In this document: piece by piece, positions 57,997 through 64,000 of the stretch
Numbering within the stretch: position 1 is the stretch's first letter
Layout: each line of letters begins with the position of its first letter
Source of the DNA: an uncultured Planctomycetia bacterium
Lineage (GTDB): Bacteria; Omnitrophota; Gorgyraeia; Duberdicusellales; 4484-171
Direction of reading: 5' to 3'
Assembly: GCA_964489445.1 (NCBI GenBank)
Contig: CAZAYU010000007.1
Span: 37,579 to 101,578, forward strand
Length of the DNA: 64,000 nucleotides
Made by a program: the position numbers and the translations under genes
Notes under the pieces: model-generated
The model's database searches: none
Told to the model about the DNA's origin: nothing
Seen by the model: only the letters and a program-made list of their open reading frames with translations

Positions 57997-59595
57997 CTAA
58001 CGTTTAAATCTGCCGGAGTTATTCTTTTTCTGCTTGGCACGTTCAACAATCGGACGCTTACTTGCCTTATTTTTTTTGAAAGCTTTTAATATCTTTTCTG
58101 CTTCTTCAAACAAAACAGTAATGAACGAAAAATTATCAAAGATCTTTAAATCTTTTATTTTTCGCTGGTCCACGCCAGAAACTTCTTTAATCATCTCTGT
58201 TAATTCTCGAGAGTCCATTCCATCGACTTTTCCCCGAGCGACAAACAACCGGGTAGTTCCTTTCATATCTACTGATAAATTACGAATTTCTCCGTAATTA
58301 GACACCTTTAGTTCATCATCAAAGGCATATTTGATAAATGCAGCAACCACCTCTTCCGGCTGGTTATCCGTTAATATTTGTTGAGCAAAATCAAGATACT
58401 CAGCACCGGTTTCAGATTTCATGATACCCACTAAATCATTTTTAATCCGTATTTTTTTCGAGCGGACAATATCTTCTACGGCAGGAAGCTTCCCTTTTCG
58501 AATACCTGTTTTAGTCATTCTTTCAATAAAAACTAACTTGCGATATTCTGCAGAAGTAATAAAAGTAATTGCTGTTCCTTCTTTGCCGGCACGCCCGGTT
58601 CTACCAATACGATGAATATACGACTCAGGATTTTGGGGAAGTGAATAGTTTATCACATGCGTTAAATTATTAATGTCAATACCTCTTGCAGCAACATCAG
58701 TTGCTACTAAAATATTAATCCGCTGTTGACGAAACTTATCCAAGATTCGCTCCCTCTGGTGCTGAGAGATGTCTCCATGTAGTCCTTCAGCATCATACCC
58801 GCGATTAGAAAGCTTTTTTGTTATTGTATCAACATCTATCTTAGTTCGGCAAAATATTAATCCATAAAACCCATGCTCGTTATCAATAATCCGACAAAGA
58901 GCTTCCAGCTTGTCAGAATTAGCAACCTCAAAATACATCTGGTCAGTTTTGCTAACCGTTAACTGCTCACCCTTGACCCGGACAACTTGATATTTCTGCA
59001 TATATTTTTTTGCTAAACGAATTATTCGTTCAGGGATAGTAGCTGAGAATAGTAATACTCTTTTTTCTTTTTTTGTACAGGACAAGATATATTCAACATC
59101 CTCGATAAATCCCATGTTCAGCATTTCATCAGCTTCATCAAGAATCGCGTATGAGATTTCCTTCAAGTTTAAGCTTCCTCTTTGTAAATGGTCTTTAATC
59201 CGCCCGGGAGTTCCTACAACAATGTCCACCCCACGACGTAAACGCCTAAGTTGTTGATCGATTGATTGACCACCATACACCGCAAGAATCTCTAAACGTT
59301 TTTTACCTTTTAAAGAATTAATTTCTTCGGAAACCTGTAATGCCAGCTCACGGGTAGGAGCAAGAATTAAAGCTTGGACAGACTTCCCCTTTCCGTCTAA
59401 TTTTTCAATTAATGGCAAACCAAACGCCGCTGTTTTCCCGGTTCCAGTTTGAGCCTGGCCCACAATATCACAGCCATCACTGATTAGCAGTGGAATAACC
59501 TTTTCCTGGATTTTAGTTGGCTCCTCAAACCCTTTTTTGCGTAATGCATCCAAAGCGCTGTCTGACAAGCCCAAATTCTTAAATTTTTCTAGCAT
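57997..59595 (-). CDS. deaD: DEAD-box RNA helicase with DbpA-type C-terminal domain
   Basis: AQTGTGKT, PTRELA, DEAD, SAT, HRIGRTGR. Confidence 0.9.
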   Translation of the reverse strand: MLEKFKNLGLSDSALDALRKKGFEEPTKIQEKVIPLLISDGCDIVGQAQTGTGKTAAFGLPLIEKLDGKGKSVQALILAPTRELALQVSEEINSLKGKKRLEILAVYGGQSIDQQLRRLRRGVDIVVGTPGRIKDHLQRGSLNLKEISYAILDEADEMLNMGFIEDVEYILSCTKKEKRVLLFSATIPERIIRLAKKYMQKYQVVRVKGEQLTVSKTDQMYFEVANSDKLEALCRIIDNEHGFYGLIFCRTKIDVDTITKKLSNRGYDAEGLHGDISQHQRERILDKFRQQRINILVATDVAARGIDINNLTHVINYSLPQNPESYIHRIGRTGRAGKEGTAITFITSAEYRKLVFIERMTKTGIRKGKLPAVEDIVRSKKIRIKNDLVGIMKSETGAEYLDFAQQILTDNQPEEVVAAFIKYAFDDELKVSNYGEIRNLSVDMKGTTRLFVARGKVDGMDSRELTEMIKEVSGVDQRKIKDLKIFDNFSFITVLFEEAEKILKAFKKNKASKRPIVERAKQKKNNSGRFKR

Positions 59596-59711
59596 TTTTA
59601 CCTCATTTTTTTTTGCAGCATCTGGTTATAAAACAACTCGTACCAGTTAGCGTACAACGTGCTCTTTATTGTATCATATAAATACGATAATCAAGTAAAA
59701 TAACCAAACAT

Positions 59712-60179
59712 CTATTTTTTAAATTTTAAACTAAATAGCTCATCAATTTTATCGATTAGGTCATTACGCTGTTGATTGGCAATATCTATTTTTTTCTTAA
59801 CCTGCCCAATGTCCGCCATTGAAACATCTTCTCTTCGAGCTTCATCTTCTAAACGCCATAATTCTAAATTCTTTAGGGAAAGTCGATCAATTGCCCGCGA
59901 GATAAACTTTATTTGATCAGCGCTGTGTGTAAACTTTGAATGATTGTAAAGTTTTAACTTTTCTTCTCTTAATTTTCCTATACGCTGAGTGGCAGTTGAC
60001 AAAAACTCTTCTATCTCTTCTAGTAGCAATTTTTTTTGCTTCTTTAATATTTTAAGATTTTCTTCTGCCTTATTTGCATCTTTCTTGTTGGAATTTTTAA
60101 AGCAATTTTTTTTAAGATGAAATTCGCGGATATTCTTTATGCTCAACTTATCGATTAAACTTCCTAATGTTTCAGCCAT
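59712..60179 (-). CDS. DUF4254-like protein
   Basis: ETLGSLIDKLSI and LWRLEDEAR...NQQRNDLIDKID. Confidence 0.7.
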   Translation of the reverse strand: MAETLGSLIDKLSIKNIREFHLKKNCFKNSNKKDANKAEENLKILKKQKKLLLEEIEEFLSTATQRIGKLREEKLKLYNHSKFTHSADQIKFISRAIDRLSLKNLELWRLEDEARREDVSMADIGQVKKKIDIANQQRNDLIDKIDELFSLKFKK

Positions 60180-60190
60180 AATTCTCCTCT

Positions 60191-61204
60191 TTATTCTGTA
60201 GTACCTAACTTTTTTTCAACCTTCTCAACAACGTCATCTACTTCGATATCTTCCATACACGCGCCATAAACAAACTCTTTATCACATAACCGTTTTTTGC
60301 CGTAAGGATAACAAAAAACACAATCACGTTTTTTTCTAGCAGTCATCACATCTTTTCGATGAAAATAGGGATAAAATCGCTCAATAGATGTCGGACCATA
60401 CAACCCAATAGTTTCTACGCCCAAGCAGCTAGACAAGTGCAACAGGCTTGAATCCGGACCAATAAATAGCGATGAACGCTTAATTAGCGCCATAGCCTGT
60501 TTTAAAGTTGTTTCTTCTCCGGAAACAATATCTTGAGAAATTTGCTTAGACAAATTGCACGCAGGATAGTTGCTGGACTTTTTACTAAGATTTATCAATC
60601 TTATTTGATATTTTTTATTGAGCTTACCAGCTAATTCGTTCCATTTCGCAACCGGCCAATTCTTTAATGACCAAGCCGAAAACGGAAGTATGGTAATAAA
60701 TTTATCAGTAGAGTTAATTTTATGTTTTTTTAAAAATGTTTTAGAGAAATCATCTTCTTCACAAGCCAACCTAAAATTAAACAATGGCTGCCCAACACTT
60801 ACATTATTTATTTTTAAAAACTGAAGGTACGCATCCACAATATGGTTTTTCTTTAGGGCTAGCTTATATTTGCGGCAGCAATCTTGGAAACTCCAGGAAA
60901 CAGGAATGTTTAAAAACTTATGCATCAGTGTACTTCTTAAGACAATTGCTAAGGAAAATTTTTGCTTGTTCAACAAAGACATTAAGCGCATCCGTCCAGA
61001 TAAGCCTTTGTCTTTTAAATGCTTATCGAAGGTAACTATCCTGCTGACACCCGGATATCCATCAACTATATTTGCTGAATGCGAAGAAGTAAGAAAGGAA
61101 ATCTTTGCATTTAAAAAATGTTCTCTCAGGGCCTTAACCAATAAAAGATCATAGCAAACATCTCCAATGTTCGAACGTCCGATAATTAAAATATTATTAT
61201 CCAT
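60191..61204 (-). CDS. Glycosyltransferase family 9 (heptosyltransferase-like)
   Basis: SNIGDV, KNWP, DSSLLHL, LYGPT. Confidence 0.88.
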   Translation of the reverse strand: MDNNILIIGRSNIGDVCYDLLLVKALREHFLNAKISFLTSSHSANIVDGYPGVSRIVTFDKHLKDKGLSGRMRLMSLLNKQKFSLAIVLRSTLMHKFLNIPVSWSFQDCCRKYKLALKKNHIVDAYLQFLKINNVSVGQPLFNFRLACEEDDFSKTFLKKHKINSTDKFITILPFSAWSLKNWPVAKWNELAGKLNKKYQIRLINLSKKSSNYPACNLSKQISQDIVSGEETTLKQAMALIKRSSLFIGPDSSLLHLSSCLGVETIGLYGPTSIERFYPYFHRKDVMTARKKRDCVFCYPYGKKRLCDKEFVYGACMEDIEVDDVVEKVEKKLGTTE

Positions 61205-61503
61205 TACTATTTAGTGCAATCTCTTTAATAAAAGCTAAACCCTGAATTATTTTTTTATATGTATTTTTCAAAAACCAATATCCGGCTAAAATGGAAATAA
61301 TATTGTAAGTTTTTTTATCATACAACCATATTAAAAAAACAGTTTCACCATAACCTAGACTAAATAACCAGCTCTAAAGATAGAACTTAATCCCTTCTTA
61401 TTATAGCAGAATTTTAAATATTGAAAAAAGAAGATTAACGAATTACATTCTACACATAAAGTCTTGGCGGTTATTTAAAGAAATAATAATCCATTAAATA
61501 TTA

Positions 61504-63588
61504 TTATTTCTTTTTTTCTTCGATAATTTTCTGTGAAATCTCATGCGGAACTTCTACGTATTTTTCAAAATGCATTGAATACGCTGCTCTTCCACTACTC
61601 AATGAACGCAAAGCGGTAGCATACCCAAACATTTCCGATAGAGGCGCTTCCGCAGAAATTATTTGCTGATTAGGTTTTGCTTCTATGCCTAGTACTTTCC
61701 CACGTCGAGAGCAAATATTGCCAACAATATTACCAACATATTCCTCTGGCGTTACAACTTCCAATGACATATACGGCTCAAGTAATACCGGAACACACTT
61801 CATAAACGCTCGTTTAAAACACTCAGACGCTGCTACCTTAAAGGCAATTTCCGAGGAATCAACATCGTGATGAGATCCATCCACCAAGTCAACCTTAACA
61901 TCAACCACCGAAAAACCAGCATATACTCCTCGCTGCATTACTTCGATCACCCCTTTCTCAACAGGAGGGATATATTCTTTCGGTATTCTTCCTCCGGTAA
62001 TACTATTTTTAAACTCAAATCCTTCACCAGGAGCAGCAGGCGAGATCTCCATTACTACGTGACCGTATTGCCCTCTTCCTCCGGTTTGTTTGATATGCTT
62101 ATAGTTTTCAGTAGTTGACTTTAATATCGTCTCACGATAAGCAACCTTTGGTTGTCCAACTTCTGCCTCGACCTTAAATTCCTGTTTTAACCGGTCAACA
62201 ATTACTTCTAAATGTAATTCACCCATCCCGGAGATAATTACCTCATCAGTTTCCTTATCAGTATGTACAGTGAATGTTGGGTCTTCTTCGGCTAATTTTA
62301 CCAATGACTTGGATAACTTATCTTGATCATTCCGACCTTCAGTTTTAACGCTAATTGACATAACCGGAGCCGGAAACTCAATAGCTTCCAATAAAATCGG
62401 ATTAGCCACGTCGGAAAGAGTGTCACCAGTTACCGTACGATCTAGGCCAATAATTGCTGCAATGTCTCCAGCGTAGATATCTGGACGACTTTCACGTTGA
62501 TTTGCATGCATCTGTAGTATCCTTCCAGCTCTTTCTTTCCGATCTTTAGTAACATTAAGCACATACGAGCCAGCTTCTAATTTTCCAGAATAAACCCTAA
62601 AATAAACTAACTTTCCCATATGCGGGTCAGCCTGAACTTTAAACGCTAACGCTGAAAATGGCTCTTCATCTAAAGGTTTTCTGAATATTTTTTTCTCTGA
62701 ATCATCCGGATCCGTGCCTTCTACAGGAGGTAAATCAGAAGGCGCTGGAAGATATTTATTGACTGCATCCAACAGCATCTGGACGCCTTTATTCTTAAAC
62801 GCCGAACCACATAATGCCGGAACAATTTTATTAGCTATTGTTCCTTTACGTATACTAGAAAGTAGCTCATCAATGGTAATCGAATCTTCTGATTCGAGAT
62901 ATTTCTCCATCAACGAATCTTCTAATTCTACTGCTTTCTCCAGCATGATATGTCGATATTTACGAGCAACTTCCTGATATTCTTCAGGAATTTCCGCTGT
63001 TCGAAAATCTTTGCCCATTGAATCATCATCATAGATACAGGCCTTCATTTGGATAAGATCAATTATTCCAGAAAATTTATCTTCCGAGCCAATAGGAATC
63101 TGTAACGGAATTACATTGGCATTTAAGTCTTTCTCAATGTTTTCTACAACTCCGAAAAAATCTGCACCAACGCGATCCATTTTATTAATAAAAGCAATTT
63201 TAGGAACTTCATATTTATCGGACTGCCGCCAAACTGTTTCTGACTGTGGCTCTACGCCTCCTACAGCACAAAACACAGCTACAGCGCCGTCTAGAACTCT
63301 TAATGACCGTTCTACTTCTACAGTAAAATCTACATGTCCAGGGGTATCAATAATATTTATCCGGTGATCTTGCCAAAAACAAGTAGTAGCCGCTGAGGTA
63401 ATCGTAATCCCTCGTTCTTGCTCCTGCTTCATCCAATCCATTTGCGCTTTTCCATCATGCACCTCTCCAATTTTATGAGAACGACCGGTATAAAACAATA
63501 TTCTTTCGGTAAGAGTAGTTTTTCCGGCATCAATATGAGCCATAATGCCGATATTACGGACTTTGGATAGATCAATCAAGCGAGGCAT
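61504..63588 (-). CDS. fusA: Elongation factor G
   Basis: [27 protein letters not shown]; 694 aa. Confidence 0.95.
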   Translation of the reverse strand: MPRLIDLSKVRNIGIMAHIDAGKTTLTERILFYTGRSHKIGEVHDGKAQMDWMKQEQERGITITSAATTCFWQDHRINIIDTPGHVDFTVEVERSLRVLDGAVAVFCAVGGVEPQSETVWRQSDKYEVPKIAFINKMDRVGADFFGVVENIEKDLNANVIPLQIPIGSEDKFSGIIDLIQMKACIYDDDSMGKDFRTAEIPEEYQEVARKYRHIMLEKAVELEDSLMEKYLESEDSITIDELLSSIRKGTIANKIVPALCGSAFKNKGVQMLLDAVNKYLPAPSDLPPVEGTDPDDSEKKIFRKPLDEEPFSALAFKVQADPHMGKLVYFRVYSGKLEAGSYVLNVTKDRKERAGRILQMHANQRESRPDIYAGDIAAIIGLDRTVTGDTLSDVANPILLEAIEFPAPVMSISVKTEGRNDQDKLSKSLVKLAEEDPTFTVHTDKETDEVIISGMGELHLEVIVDRLKQEFKVEAEVGQPKVAYRETILKSTTENYKHIKQTGGRGQYGHVVMEISPAAPGEGFEFKNSITGGRIPKEYIPPVEKGVIEVMQRGVYAGFSVVDVKVDLVDGSHHDVDSSEIAFKVAASECFKRAFMKCVPVLLEPYMSLEVVTPEEYVGNIVGNICSRRGKVLGIEAKPNQQIISAEAPLSEMFGYATALRSLSSGRAAYSMHFEKYVEVPHEISQKIIEEKKK

Positions 63589-63727
63589 TCCAGTACTCCT
63601 TTTTTAATTTTACTTTTATTTGGTTATCAAATAATAAATTAGCACGAAGTATCTATTGTAGCTAGAATAAAGATAAAATCAACCTTTTTTTAAAAAACAA
63701 TTAACACGGGTTACATTGGAAGAAGAA

Positions 63728-64000
63728 TCAGTCCGCCCACAAATGATACCGACGCCCCATTTGCGTATTAATAACCGTGTGCTTATCGGGAGCGACTCTC
63801 AACGCCTCATGGATTGATCGGTCAAAAGTGTAGAGCTCAGCATGTTTACCGTAACGCTCTTTTATCTCCGAAATAACTTCCGCAAAATCAGAATCCCCTG
63901 AAACAAGTGCTAAAGTATCATAGTGGTCTTTAACAGCCTTACTGAACATGTCTAAGGCAATTTTCACATCTAGCCCCTTCTGAATCCAATCCTTATTATA
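63728..64000 (-). CDS. NYN/LabA-DUF88 domain protein, C-terminal part
   Basis: QKGLDVKIALDM...LVSGDSDF; frame open to window edge. Confidence 0.85.
   Translation of the reverse strand, partial: YNKDWIQKGLDVKIALDMFSKAVKDHYDTLALVSGDSDFAEVISEIKERYGKHAELYTFDRSIHEALRVAPDKHTVINTQMGRRYHLWAD

Noticed and set aside
61205-61503. 300-bp AT-rich gap between fusA and GT9
   Set aside because: No convincing ORF, RNA structure or repeat found by eye.
568-63367. Numerous plus-strand ORFs of 60-145 aa in the track
   Set aside because: Antisense shadows of well-supported minus-strand genes, with no recognisable motifs.

Overview
AT-rich bacterial chromosome segment, nearly all genes on the minus strand, from a diderm anaerobe or microaerophile. 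Gene style suggests PVC group/Omnitrophota, but that is inference only. 1-18.1 kb is core: two GGDEF genes, a sugar ABC ATPase, accD, a heat-shock locus (dnaJ-dnaK-grpE-hrcA, hpf, clpB, a broken hsp20, an HspR-like MerR regulator, two CIRCE operators), hflX, miaA and miaB. 18.1-29.2 kb is accessory DNA and the most striking part. Three orphan, divergent copies of the miaB 5' end (IRTFG/IKTYG motif, all breaking off at the same GGCTG of the Gly-Cys codons) lie in tandem upstream of intact miaB. They delimit three cargo blocks: xis-like/HEPN/MNT; AbiEi/AbiEii; and pcm...sod...copA with an internal 118-bp direct repeat. This reads as serial site-specific integration into miaB, each incoming element supplying a replacement gene start. 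No integrase gene is visible in the window. 29-56 kb is dominated by redox, metal and oxygen/NO-stress genes (ferritin, SOR-like protein, NifS/NifU, FeoAB, rubrerythrin, FprA, rubredoxin, Hcp, Rrf2) plus an MMPL-LolA-like-barrel triad. The window ends with plsC, deaD, a GT9, a stand-alone EF-G and a partial NYN gene. No rRNA, tRNA or CRISPR array was seen.
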